Shown: positions 35,888-45,457, counted from the stretch's first letter. The stretch is DNA of 52,609 nt from an uncultured Acidobacteriota bacterium (GCA_964463145.1 CAYXBG010000003.1:1-52609); one strand, 5' to 3'. The notes: generated from the sequence alone by a model not told the origin. A program made the numbers and translations.

Positions 35888-37798
35888 TCACTTCTCTTCA
35901 TCCACATCCACGAACTCCGCATCAATCACTTCTGCATCATCTTCCTCAGAATCAGAAGTTTCATCAACCTGACTATCTCCATCTTGACTAGCCTCTTGGG
36001 CCTGTGCTTGGTACATCCCTTCGGCCATCTTGTGGGAAGCCTGGGTTAGTTTTTCGATGGAATTCTTGATGACGGCAACGTCCCCTCCCTCAATCGCTTC
36101 TTTAGTCTCGGCAATCGCACCCTCTATAATACTCGCATTTTCCTCACCGACTTTATCGCGATTCTCTTGCAGGAGTTTTTCAGTACTATAAACCAGTGAA
36201 TCTGCCTGATTCCGTACATCAATTTCCTCCTTTTTACGAAGATCTTCTTCGGAATGAGCCTCGGCATCTTGAACCATGTCATCGATTTCCGAATCGGCTA
36301 AGCCACTGGATCCCGTGATCGTAATCTTCTGCTCTTTCCCAGTCCCATTATCCTTGGCACTGACATTGAGAATCCCATTGGCGTCGATGTCAAAAGTAAC
36401 CTCAACCTGTGGGATACCCCGCGGAGCCGGAGGAATCCCCATAAGATGGAATTTCCCCAGAGATTTATTATCGCCGGCCATCGGCCGTTCACCTTGTAAT
36501 ACATGAATTTCTACTGAAGTCTGATTGTCTGCTGCCGTCGAAAAAGTCTCACTCTTTCGCGTCGGGATTGTAGTGTTGCGAGGAATCAGCGGCGTCGAGA
36601 CACTACCTAAAGTCTCAATACCTAGTGACAGAGGCGTCACATCCAACAATAGTAGATCCTTCACATCCCCTCCGAGAACTCCTGCCTGGATGGCAGCTCC
36701 AATAGCCACCACCTCGTCAGGATTAACCCCATGATGAGGCTCTCTTCCAAAGAAAGAGGAGACAAGCTCCTGCACCTTCGGAATTCGTGTCGACCCCCCT
36801 ACAAGGACTACCTCATCTATCTGGCCAGGATCCAGGCCAGCATCTTCAAGAGCTTTGGCACAGGGTTTCAAGGTTCGTCGTAACAAGTCATCCGCTAGTT
36901 GCTCAAACTTGGCTCTCGTAAGACTTAGACTCAGATGTTTTGGACCACTGGAATCTGCAGTCACAAAGGGAAGATTGATATCCGTTTCTTGGGCTGATGA
37001 AAGCTCCATTTTGGCTTTCTCAGCGGCCTCACGTAGTCTCTGGACAGCCATTTTATCAGCTGACAAATCAATTCCTTGATCCTTCTTAAATTCCTCCACA
37101 ATCCAGTCAATGACAAGTTGGTCAATGTTATCTCCACCTAGATGCGTATCCCCATTGGTAGCTTTAACTTCTACAACACCGTCCCCAACTTCCAGGACGG
37201 AAATGTCGAATGTCCCACCTCCAAAATCAAAAACGGCTATAGTCTCATCACCCTTTTTGTCGAGTCCATAAGCTAGTGCAGCCGCAGTCGGCTCATTAAC
37301 CAACCTTTTTACGTCCAGGCCAGCAATTTTACCCGCGTCCTTCGTGGCCTGCCGTTGCGAGTCATTGAAATAAGCTGGCACAGTGATGACTGCTTCTTCA
37401 ATTGACTCACCTAAATATTCTTCTGCGGCACTCTTAAGTTTCTGCAAAACCATTGCAGAAATTTCGGGTGGCGCTAGTTCCTTCTTGTTAAGTTCCACCC
37501 AAGCATCTCCGTTTTCGGCCTTCACCACTTTGTAGGGAACGATGGATTTCTCCTCCGAAATCTCTCCGAACTTTCGTCCCATAAAACGCTTAATCGAATA
37601 AATAGTGTTCTCTGGATTCGTGATGGCCTGACGTTTTGCAACCTGGCCGGCCAACCTCTCATTGTTCTTTGTAACGGCTACAACCGAAGGGGTAACACGA
37701 GCCCCTTCTGGATTGGTAATGACAGTGGGCTCCCCCGCTTCCATCACCGCTACCACTGAGTTGGTTGTACCGAGGTCTATCCCAATGATTTTTCCCAT
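35888..37798 (-). CDS. dnaK: molecular chaperone DnaK (Hsp70)
   Basis: [17 protein letters not shown] and [12 protein letters not shown] motifs. Acidic C-terminus. Confidence 0.98.
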   Translation of the reverse strand: MGKIIGIDLGTTNSVVAVMEAGEPTVITNPEGARVTPSVVAVTKNNERLAGQVAKRQAITNPENTIYSIKRFMGRKFGEISEEKSIVPYKVVKAENGDAWVELNKKELAPPEISAMVLQKLKSAAEEYLGESIEEAVITVPAYFNDSQRQATKDAGKIAGLDVKRLVNEPTAAALAYGLDKKGDETIAVFDFGGGTFDISVLEVGDGVVEVKATNGDTHLGGDNIDQLVIDWIVEEFKKDQGIDLSADKMAVQRLREAAEKAKMELSSAQETDINLPFVTADSSGPKHLSLSLTRAKFEQLADDLLRRTLKPCAKALEDAGLDPGQIDEVVLVGGSTRIPKVQELVSSFFGREPHHGVNPDEVVAIGAAIQAGVLGGDVKDLLLLDVTPLSLGIETLGSVSTPLIPRNTTIPTRKSETFSTAADNQTSVEIHVLQGERPMAGDNKSLGKFHLMGIPPAPRGIPQVEVTFDIDANGILNVSAKDNGTGKEQKITITGSSGLADSEIDDMVQDAEAHSEEDLRKKEEIDVRNQADSLVYSTEKLLQENRDKVGEENASIIEGAIAETKEAIEGGDVAVIKNSIEKLTQASHKMAEGMYQAQAQEASQDGDSQVDETSDSEEDDAEVIDAEFVDVDEEK

Positions 37799-37894
37799 AG
37801 CTCAAACTCCTTATAACTTCCTATAAAACAAATGCACAGGGAGTCTTCTTGTATCCTCCCTCTCAAGTCCGGTGTTACTTCCAGATCGATCAGA

Positions 37895-37923
37895 TATATA
37901 AGATCTGTTCTGGGTACTGTCAA
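37895..37923 (-). promoter_or_regulatory. sigma-70-like promoter candidate for dnaK-dnaJ (TTGACA-17 nt-TATATA)
   Basis: Read on the minus strand. The -35 TTGACA is at 37923..37918 and the -10 TATATA at 37900..37895, about 97 nt upstream of the ATG. An inverted repeat CAGATC (37882-37887) / GATCTG (37902-37907) flanks the -10. Confidence 0.45.
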
Positions 37924-38227
37924 GGCCATAGCCTCAATGCAATCACATGACTCAAATAATTGATTAAAAAAGACTTACAACCAAATATCTCTCCCTAAAC
38001 CCAAGATTAAAAATCGATATTTTTACTGAAAATAACAAGAATCCGAGACATCTACAGTCAGTAAGGAGTCGCTTGCCTAGCTTCCTGAATCCATTTCCCC
38101 AGAAGAAATTGGAGGCTGCTTGTGATGGGAAATATGACAAGCTACGCTGGAGGCCTTGCCTAATGAAAAGACATTAAATGACAAGTAGTGAGGACCCTGT
38201 GATCTGGGTTTATACCTGAATCACAGC

Positions 38228-38407
38228 TTATTGTAGACTTGCTTGGGAAGACCCTGAGCTGGAATCAGGATCGTTGTTCTCAGACTTGATCTTCTTGAGA
38301 ATTTCTTCTAGTTCAGACTGAACCATCTGTTGGCGACGCTGGATCAACAGTAGAAAAATAAATAATAGAGTCCAAATGACAGTATAGGCAGCTACTAAAT
38401 ACCCCAT
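38228..38407 (-). CDS. ccmD: haem exporter protein CcmD (59 aa, below the ORF-track cutoff)
   Basis: Hand translation: MGYLVAAYTVIWTLLFIFLLLIQRRQQMVQSELEEILKKIKSENNDPDSSSGSSQASLQ*. One TM helix followed by a basic patch, as in CcmD. The ATG lies 3 nt after the ccmC stop. Confidence 0.7.
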   Translation of the reverse strand: MGYLVAAYTVIWTLLFIFLLLIQRRQQMVQSELEEILKKIKSENNDPDSSSGSSQASLQ

Positions 38408-38410
38408 CGC

Positions 38411-39145
38411 TTATTCCTGCTCTCTAAGATTCTTCAAGAGGTCCTTAGTTATCATATTGTGCATACGAATAGAAATCCTCTGCAGTAATAGTACCAACGC
38501 AAGGAGTAGAAAAGCACTCAAGGCGACTAACCCCGCCTGTTGCATCATTGGATCAAGTTTGACCTCACTCATAGTAATCACAACTGGATGAAAAGTATTC
38601 CACCAATGAACCGACATATAAATTATTGGGACATCAAGAGCGCCAATGATTCCAAACACGGCACAAACAGCATACTTCTTATGGCCTTCCGGAAACGCTG
38701 CTCTCAGAATCACATAGGCCACACATATGACTAGCAGGATGAGTTCTGTTAAAACTCTAGGGTCATCCCATTTGAGCCACACATTCCAGGCCGGTTTGGA
38801 CCATATTGGCCCAGTAGTCAAGACTATAGCTGTTAGGAATAAGCCGACATCCACCGATGATGCCGCCAGGCTATCCCAAAAGCGGTTTCGCGTTACCAGA
38901 TAACCTATCCCACCCAAAAAGACACCGATAAATACCGCAAACGAAACTACCGCAGCACTCACATGAAAATAAAAAATGCGCTGCACGTCCCCCATCACCA
39001 TTTCCGTCGGAGCGTACAGAAATGCGGCATAAATAGCAGCTAGCATTACCAGATATGTGGGTACCAGGGCCCACCTACTAATTTTCAGGCAGCGGCCGGC
39101 ACTGTTTAATCGTGAGACCTGCAATGGTTTACTCGACAACAACAT
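38411..39145 (-). CDS. ccmC: haem exporter/lyase protein CcmC
   Basis: Polytopic. Trp-rich WWD-like loop (WSKPAWNVWLKWDDPR) and conserved His residues. Confidence 0.9.
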   Translation of the reverse strand: MLLSSKPLQVSRLNSAGRCLKISRWALVPTYLVMLAAIYAAFLYAPTEMVMGDVQRIFYFHVSAAVVSFAVFIGVFLGGIGYLVTRNRFWDSLAASSVDVGLFLTAIVLTTGPIWSKPAWNVWLKWDDPRVLTELILLVICVAYVILRAAFPEGHKKYAVCAVFGIIGALDVPIIYMSVHWWNTFHPVVITMSEVKLDPMMQQAGLVALSAFLLLALVLLLQRISIRMHNMITKDLLKNLREQE

Positions 39146-39809
39146 ACTCGAACACCAGAAAACCAGCTGATAGGAATATCACATCAAACGCTACCAGGAT
39201 CTGAATCCAATTCCCTAAATACTCCAGCTGCTCTCTCAACAAAAGCTCCTGGGTTGCGCTCACCGCAGCCAGAATAATTGGAATTATGATGGAAAACAAC
39301 AACACCGGGAAGACCACTTCCCTTGCACGCAAGGAAACCACCATCGCAGCAAAGAGGGTCCCCACAGCCGTAAAACCTGCGGAGGCAACCAAAATGATCG
39401 GAACAATCATAAAAAAACGTGGCGTAACCCTCGGGTTAAAAAGCACAGTGAACGCTAGCAAAATAAACATGTCAATGCAGATCAGGAAAATCCAGTTGGA
39501 GAGGCACTTGCTCAGAAAGAGCGCCCCCCTATCCACCGGAGAAAGGAGGATCGCTTGCAATGTCCCCTGTTCCTGCTCTCTCTGAAAAGAATTATTCAGT
39601 TGGATAATTCCGGGGAACAAAAGCGCAACCCAGAGAATCCCCGGAAGAGAAAGTCTTGTAGCCTCCACTCCAGGCTGAAAAGCGAAGTTGAAAATGACAA
39701 GAATCAAGAGCCCAAAAAATAGGGTAGTAAGAAAAGAGTGTCTTGATCTGGCAGTTAAAATTAGATCCTTAGCCGCCATAGTCCAGATCTGCCCTACAAC
39801 CCTCATCAC
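39129..39809 (-). CDS. ccmB: haem exporter permease CcmB
   Basis: Six-TM ABC-2-type permease between ccmA and ccmC. Overlaps both neighbours. Confidence 0.88.
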   Translation of the reverse strand: MMRVVGQIWTMAAKDLILTARSRHSFLTTLFFGLLILVIFNFAFQPGVEATRLSLPGILWVALLFPGIIQLNNSFQREQEQGTLQAILLSPVDRGALFLSKCLSNWIFLICIDMFILLAFTVLFNPRVTPRFFMIVPIILVASAGFTAVGTLFAAMVVSLRAREVVFPVLLFSIIIPIILAAVSATQELLLREQLEYLGNWIQILVAFDVIFLSAGFLVFEYVVVE

Positions 39810-40519
39810 CCCGCAACCTCCTGACGAATATTTCCAAAGTAGGCCGCCTCCAATTCACTCATGGAAATAGTCTTTCTCTCAACATCGTAGATAAGACGCC
39901 CTGAGTCTAGAATTAGCATTCTCGAGCCAAGTTCGAAGCCTTCTTGTAAGTTGTGTGTAGCCATCATGACAGTGCGCTGTTCCGATTTCAGATCCTTCAG
40001 GATAGTGGTCAGAGCGCGATAACCATGTTGATCCAATCCGGTAAAGGGCTCATCAAGAAGTAACACCTTTGGTTCATGCAGCAAGGCTCGGGCGAGTGTT
40101 AGACGTTGGCGCATACCTCGAGAATAACCGGCGACCTTATAGCCTTTTGACTCGCTCAAGCCGAATTGATCGCATAATTGATCCGCACGCTGAATAGGCA
40201 AATCTAGGCCGTAGAGACCGGCAAAAAATAATAGATTTTCTAAACCGTTCAGCTCCTCGTACAACATGCTCCGGTGAGAGACGTACCCAATTTGATGCCG
40301 CTCTGGGAACTTCTCCTGCCAATTTATTGTCCCTTCAGTGGGACGCACCAAATTGGCTAAAATCTTAAGTAACGTACTTTTCCCGGCTCCGTTAGAACCA
40401 AAAAGTGCGCAGAATTCACCTCGGTGCAAGGCAAGATCGATTCCATTCAATGCGGTTACAGAACCGTAATTGTGTGTAATCTGAAAAAGTTCTAGAACAC
40501 TGGATAAACGTTCTGGCAT
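39806..40519 (-). CDS. ccmA: cytochrome c biogenesis ABC ATPase CcmA
   Basis: Walker A GSNGAGKST, signature YSRGMRQR, Walker B LLLDEPFTGLD. Confidence 0.9.
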   Translation of the reverse strand: MPERLSSVLELFQITHNYGSVTALNGIDLALHRGEFCALFGSNGAGKSTLLKILANLVRPTEGTINWQEKFPERHQIGYVSHRSMLYEELNGLENLLFFAGLYGLDLPIQRADQLCDQFGLSESKGYKVAGYSRGMRQRLTLARALLHEPKVLLLDEPFTGLDQHGYRALTTILKDLKSEQRTVMMATHNLQEGFELGSRMLILDSGRLIYDVERKTISMSELEAAYFGNIRQEVAG

Positions 40520-40830
40520 CAGGCGCTATCTTCTGGGGGGATGGTCCGCTTTTTATCATCCAGCCCATCCAGTATCTCAAACGCCGAGACCACTTGGGCC
40601 TCGTACTGGGACCTCAACTCTTGATAATCTGAATCGGAAAGCTTCCCCATTCGGAAGTCCATCTCGATGTCTTTCAGAGTACCGATAGCATCATCCTTGG
40701 CATGGACTGCCTTTTGTGTCTCGGTTAAGGCTAGTTCTTTTTTCTGTTCTTGAGCTGCATCAAGTAACAAAGGGTATGCCACGTAAAGAATTACTAGAAC
40801 AAATATAATTGGTGCTATTAAAAGTGCCAT
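40519..40830 (-). CDS. single-pass membrane protein with a helical cytoplasmic tail, embedded in the ccm cluster
   Basis: N-terminal TM (LLIAPIIFVLVILYVAYPLLL), then a charged helical region. Its stop shares 1 nt with the ccmA start. Confidence 0.5.
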   Translation of the reverse strand: MALLIAPIIFVLVILYVAYPLLLDAAQEQKKELALTETQKAVHAKDDAIGTLKDIEMDFRMGKLSDSDYQELRSQYEAQVVSAFEILDGLDDKKRTIPPEDSA

Positions 40831-40855
40831 TAGATGATCTCTCGCCTCATCGGTT

Positions 40856-41326
40856 TTAGGTGTCTAGGTCAGCAATCTCCCGTTGGATCTCTGAATGGTA
40901 TTTCTCATTGATCGGGTTTGTCGTTGGGGTAACAATTTTTGCACCGTCATCACCCTTAAGATAACGGTACCCAACTATCACTCCACCCCCCCCCAACAAC
41001 AGCACCAGAAAAGGTAAGAACCAACCAACTATATTGAAGCCTTCAACCCTAGGGGCCGCCAACACTTCTAATCCAAACTGAGCCACATAATGGTCATAAA
41101 TTTCTTGATTTGTAGACCCTTCCGTCAACATAGCCTCTACTTCTCGGTTCATCTCTTCTGCTCGGTGGCAGGAACACGCACTTACTAAGGTTGTGGGACA
41201 TCCGCACGTACACACAATGTTCCCCGTGACATTCAGGACGTCTTCCCACTCCACAGTTGATCCAGCTGGCAAAAATCCAACGGAGCACACCAACAGCAGC
41301 AAAAAAATGTGCTTAGGCGTTTGCAT
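40856..41326 (-). CDS. ccmH: CcmH/NrfF-family cytochrome c maturation protein (CxCGC...CxC variant)
   Basis: ATG at 41326 preceded by GGAGGAGG. Signal/anchor. VCTCGCPTTLVSACSCH motif, then EVEAMLTEGSTNQEIYDHYVAQFG..VLAAP and a C-terminal TM, as in CcmH. Confidence 0.75.
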   Translation of the reverse strand: MQTPKHIFLLLLVCSVGFLPAGSTVEWEDVLNVTGNIVCTCGCPTTLVSACSCHRAEEMNREVEAMLTEGSTNQEIYDHYVAQFGLEVLAAPRVEGFNIVGWFLPFLVLLLGGGGVIVGYRYLKGDDGAKIVTPTTNPINEKYHSEIQREIADLDT

Positions 41327-43298
41327 CCTCCTCCTTTTCAAGGCTACGCAGTGGTGCTCGGGCCTTTTTTTGGTCAGGGACCAGAACAAACAATCCCCCT
41401 AGTACCATTATTGCAACACCAATCCAGATCAGCATGACGAGGGGCCTAAGATATACGTGGAATGTTGCTGAACCCTCTGCCCATGTTGAGAGAACAATGT
41501 AGAGATCATCCTGCAAAGTTGATCGTATTGCTACTTCACTCTGAGGTTGATCCTGAGCGGTGTGATGAACATGTTTTTCTGGTAGTAGCGTCCCTATAAT
41601 CTCCCCATTCCTGGAAATCTCAAGTGGAGCTCCTACCACATCTTTCTCCGGATCTCGCCTTTCCGACAAACCCCGGTAAACCATCGAATACGGACCTAGT
41701 GAAAAACTTTCATTGTCTTGCACAGTAAAAAAACGATCTACACCAAAGAAGCTGCTCACAGTTATCCCGACAAAGACTAAAACCACGCCAGCATGAATCG
41801 CAAAACCTCCATATCGACGTTTATTCATAGTCGCCAGATCGATCACAGCCGGAACAAAGGCACTCGGACGGATTGCCTGTCTTGCTTGAGCTCCCTTATA
41901 AAATTCGAAGAAAATTGTGAGCGCAACAAATCCAGCAGAGGAAAGCATCATAAGGGGCAACAATTCCCGTACTCCCAAGATCAAACAAATCGAAGCCGCT
42001 CCGAGCCCCCCTATGATGGGGAAAATAAAATTTCTTCTAAAATTCTTGAATGTGGCCTTTCGCCAAGCTATCAGAGGGCAGACCCCCGTTAAAATCAAAA
42101 GAGCCAACCATAATGGAGCGGTTACTTGATTAAAGAAAGGAGGCCCTACCGTGATTTTCTCTCCCGTTACCCATTCCGAAAGAACAGGAAAAATACTTCC
42201 CCAAAAAACAGCAAAACATATGGACACAAACAACCAGTTGTTAAGAAGGAACGTAAACTCACGAGACAAAAAAGACTGCATTTCCCCCTTGCGTTGCAGT
42301 TCGGTCGACCGATAAGTAAGCAAATACAACCCCATCAGAGAAGTAATCACCATAAAGACCACAAAAAATGGCCCAATGTTGGATAACGCAAACGAGTGAA
42401 CTGATTCAATTACTCCACTACGGGTTAAAAACGTACCGAACATAGTCAATTCGAAAGCCAAAATAATCAAAATAAAATTCCATGCCTTCAGCATTTCCTT
42501 TTTTTCCGTGATCATAATGGAATGCAAAAAGGCCGTGGCGATCAGCCAGGGCATGAAAGAGGCATTCTCTACAGGATCCCATGCCCAGTAACCACCCCAT
42601 CCTAATTCCTCGTATGCCCACATCCCGCCAAGGGTGATCCCGAAGGTGAGAAAACACCAGGCAACCATCCCCCATTTGCGAGTGGCCGTTACCCAAGTTG
42701 TGCGGAGATCGCCGCTGAAAAGCGCCCCAAGAGCGATAGCAAAAGGCACATTAAGACAAATCAGCCCAAGGTAGAGGGACGGTGGGTGAATAATCATATA
42801 GGGGTTTTGCAGCAAGGGATTCAGTCCTGCTCCGTCTGGAGGAACAGGAGAATGTAAAGCAAAGGGTGGCGCAACAAAGTTAAGCAATAGTAGAAAGAAA
42901 AAGCAACTTGCAAGCAAAATCCCATTGGCATATGGCACAAGGGCTCGGTTCCTAGTCCGATTCTGAAAAACAAAAATGGCACTAAAGGCTGCCAAAATTA
43001 ACGTCCAGAAAAGAAGGCTACCGCTTTGACTACCCCACAATGAGGTGAATTTGTAGATTGCTGGCTGATTAATTGAGCTTACTAGAGCGACATAACGCAC
43101 CTGAAATTGATTTTGGAAAATCAGGCCCCACAGACAACAACTTGAAACCAGACACAGCCCCAGGGTCGCAATTGTCGCGTTTTCAGAAGAACGGACAAGG
43201 GGCAGATGCTTACGATACCCACCCAAAAATGCTGCCAGAATCCCGTACCCACAGAGCAAAAGGGCCGCGATTAGAGAGTAACGCCCTAGTTCGATCAT
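41313..43298 (-). CDS. ccmF: cytochrome c haem lyase subunit CcmF
   Basis: 661-aa polytopic protein with a WWD region (WAYEELGWGGYWAWDPVENASFMPWL). Confidence 0.93.
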   Translation of the reverse strand: MIELGRYSLIAALLLCGYGILAAFLGGYRKHLPLVRSSENATIATLGLCLVSSCCLWGLIFQNQFQVRYVALVSSINQPAIYKFTSLWGSQSGSLLFWTLILAAFSAIFVFQNRTRNRALVPYANGILLASCFFFLLLLNFVAPPFALHSPVPPDGAGLNPLLQNPYMIIHPPSLYLGLICLNVPFAIALGALFSGDLRTTWVTATRKWGMVAWCFLTFGITLGGMWAYEELGWGGYWAWDPVENASFMPWLIATAFLHSIMITEKKEMLKAWNFILIILAFELTMFGTFLTRSGVIESVHSFALSNIGPFFVVFMVITSLMGLYLLTYRSTELQRKGEMQSFLSREFTFLLNNWLFVSICFAVFWGSIFPVLSEWVTGEKITVGPPFFNQVTAPLWLALLILTGVCPLIAWRKATFKNFRRNFIFPIIGGLGAASICLILGVRELLPLMMLSSAGFVALTIFFEFYKGAQARQAIRPSAFVPAVIDLATMNKRRYGGFAIHAGVVLVFVGITVSSFFGVDRFFTVQDNESFSLGPYSMVYRGLSERRDPEKDVVGAPLEISRNGEIIGTLLPEKHVHHTAQDQPQSEVAIRSTLQDDLYIVLSTWAEGSATFHVYLRPLVMLIWIGVAIMVLGGLFVLVPDQKKARAPLRSLEKEEDANA

Positions 43299-43301
43299 GG
43301 C

Positions 43302-43742
43302 TCACTCATTGAGGGTCGCACTGGAAGCAATCACGGCTTCTGGTTCGTCGTCACTCTTTTCGTACTTGGATGGACACTTGGCAAGCAAAATAGTGGCCCG
43401 AAACTGCTCATCATCCTCATGGTATCGACCTTCAAGTACGACCTCGGCTCGCTCCTGAAAAGTATCAGGTATGTCCCCCTCGTAAGTGACCGGGAGACTG
43501 AGTCCCGACGCTTGATCATATACTTCAAAATCGACTTTGGACTGTCTTTTGTAAAGATGAACTGTCCCTGGTTTAACTTGCCCTTTAAGGCGAATACTCG
43601 CCTCGGTAAAACCGGTAGGCTGGGCCAACACCTCAGGGACTTCATGGTAGCGTACCATGGCATCGTTGATACCGTTGTACATCAGAAATACTAGGGACCC
43701 CAGTATCAATCCGCCGGCAACAAGAAATTTCGGTCGAACCAT
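43302..43742 (-). CDS. ccmE: haem chaperone CcmE, CxxxY variant
   Basis: ATG at 43742 preceded by GGAGAG. N-terminal anchor, OB-fold region (IRLKGQVKPGTV), and LAKCPSKYE where canonical CcmE has LAKHDxxY. Confidence 0.9.
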   Translation of the reverse strand: MVRPKFLVAGGLILGSLVFLMYNGINDAMVRYHEVPEVLAQPTGFTEASIRLKGQVKPGTVHLYKRQSKVDFEVYDQASGLSLPVTYEGDIPDTFQERAEVVLEGRYHEDDEQFRATILLAKCPSKYEKSDDEPEAVIASSATLNE

Positions 43743-43970
43743 ATTTCTCTCCGAGGTGTACACAAGTAGTCGTGCACTCATCAGCCATCTTCCCAGCGCT
43801 CCTGGAGCGGTGGGGGTCCATTCTAACAGGACATCCGTCGCTCGGGAACGGAAAACGCCGACCCAGGAGCTGGCTACAGGGCTTTTCTGCTCAGTGTATC
43901 AATCAAGAGAAGGCCGGTTTAGACGGACCAAACTTCCTTCAATTCCGAATTTTTCTATCTGCGCCTGATT

Positions 43971-44264
43971 TTAAATAAATGCGACGTAGACAAAAGTCAG
44001 CAGGGCTAAAAACTCAATAAAAGCAAGGCCCAGGATAATGAAAAACCGGATGGTATCAACGGATCCCGGGTTACGGGCCACACCTTCACAACCCGCTCTT
44101 AAAGCCTTAGCTTGAGCCAGTCCACACCCAGCTGCGGCTATCGCCATTGCCAGCGGGTTCATTAGAGCTGATGCGCTACTGGCATCATCACTCTGAGCAA
44201 GAACAGGCATCGTAAAAAGGCTCAGAAGAAAAAGCAACACTACTAGATAGAAAAACTTCGTCAT
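43971..44264 (-). CDS. atpE: F-type ATP synthase subunit c with a ~35-aa signal-peptide-like N-terminal extension
   Basis: ATG at 44264 with AGGAGAG 8 nt upstream. The core AGCGLAQAKALRAGCEGVARNPG...LGLAFIEFLALL carries the loop RNP and the ion-binding Glu. The extension is MTKFFYLVVLLFLLSLFTMPVLAQS. Confidence 0.9.
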   Translation of the reverse strand: MTKFFYLVVLLFLLSLFTMPVLAQSDDASSASALMNPLAMAIAAAGCGLAQAKALRAGCEGVARNPGSVDTIRFFIILGLAFIEFLALLTFVYVAFI

Positions 44265-44319
44265 TTCCAAATCTCTCCTGTTTGAGACAGCGGGGGCATC
44301 TCGCTTTTCTCCTTATTGG

Positions 44320-45090
44320 TTATGCAGGTTGCCCCACCGATTCTTGGTGCGAATGCCCCTCGTGCTCATCTTCGTGAGCATGCTCCACCGCACCACCGAT
44401 GTAGACCATCGTAAGTACCACAAAGATAAAAGCCTGAATAGTACTGGCAAAGAGAGCCAGCCCCATCACCGGTAGAGACACCAGAAAAGGAAACAGTCCA
44501 TTCAAGCTAGTTATAATAAGTTCTTCAGCAAAAATGTTCCCGAAAAGACGTACAGAAAGAGAAAACGGCCGGGCCAGGTGACCAATGATCTCAATCACGA
44601 ACAAAAGCGGTGCGATTGCCAACGACGGCCCCGCAAAGTGCGCCATGTATTTCCAGAATCCGTGAGTTTTAAAGCCGTGAAAATTATAATAGAGAAACAC
44701 AATTATCGCACAGCCTGAAGTGACATTAATATTACTGGTTGGGGACATAAACCCCGGAACCAGCCCAAGAATATTTCCGGCCAGTATGTATAGAAAAAGC
44801 GACCCAATAATTGGGAAAAAATGTTTGTAATTCGGGCCAACAAGATTCTTCATGAAGTCCATAAGAGCATCTGAGACAAGTTCCAGAGACTGTTGTACGG
44901 CTCCTGGATTATCAACACTCAAACGCCTACGCAGAAAGAGTGCGAACGAAATCAAGCCTAGACTAATCAAGATGATCATCACCAGATGGGCAGGCAAAAC
45001 ATCATGGTCCGTATGCAATCCAAATACTCCAGCAATAGGATTTGCTATGTATCGATTGAATATGGTCGAGACAAAAAACTCGTGATGCAT
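44320..45090 (-). CDS. atpB: F-type ATP synthase subunit a
   Basis: Essential Arg context LSVRLFGNIFAEE. Polytopic. His/Glu-rich C-terminal tail. Confidence 0.93.
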   Translation of the reverse strand: MHHEFFVSTIFNRYIANPIAGVFGLHTDHDVLPAHLVMIILISLGLISFALFLRRRLSVDNPGAVQQSLELVSDALMDFMKNLVGPNYKHFFPIIGSLFLYILAGNILGLVPGFMSPTSNINVTSGCAIIVFLYYNFHGFKTHGFWKYMAHFAGPSLAIAPLLFVIEIIGHLARPFSLSVRLFGNIFAEELIITSLNGLFPFLVSLPVMGLALFASTIQAFIFVVLTMVYIGGAVEHAHEDEHEGHSHQESVGQPA

Positions 45091-45094
45091 AATC

Positions 45095-45457
45095 TCACCG
45101 GCTCGCTTTAAGTTGTCCTGCTAACAAAAGAAAGGCTTCCAGCATGCCCGCCAGAACCAGAATCGAGAGCCCCAAAATAGCGCCACCGAGGCTCAAAAAA
45201 GAAAATCGGATCATAGCAAACAAGATACCCAATATCAATACAAGCCGGAGTAGATATTTCGCCATAACACCTACGGCCGGAACCTCTTCCCCGCCCTCTA
45301 GCGCCCGCCCTACCACTGTGGACATCCAAGCGTGGTTGATAAGGGCTGCCAGCCCTCCTAAAAGAACCGAAGTTGCGACCCCCCAGCCTCCCCATGCGAA
45401 GGCGGAAATTACCAAAACACAAAGGATCCTAGTGGCATTACGATTCAAACTCTTCAT
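45095..45457 (-). CDS. atpI: ATP synthase protein I-like membrane protein
   Basis: 120-aa, four-helix hydrophobic protein immediately upstream of atpB. Confidence 0.7.
   Translation of the reverse strand: MKSLNRNATRILCVLVISAFAWGGWGVATSVLLGGLAALINHAWMSTVVGRALEGGEEVPAVGVMAKYLLRLVLILGILFAMIRFSFLSLGGAILGLSILVLAGMLEAFLLLAGQLKASR

Noticed and set aside
37799-38227. A long (430 bp) AT-rich intergenic region upstream of dnaK, checked for CIRCE, sigma-32 boxes, a small RNA and a 13-codon ORF with a GGAGG RBS.
   Set aside because: No CIRCE or sigma-32 consensus was found by eye. The short ORF is too small and featureless to support. Only the sigma-70-like boxes are reported.
41313-41389. An apparent 77-nt overlap between ccmF and ccmH in the ORF track.
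   Set aside because: It is resolved by using the internal ATG at 41326, which is preceded by GGAGGAGG and begins the signal/anchor sequence. The residual overlap is 14 nt.
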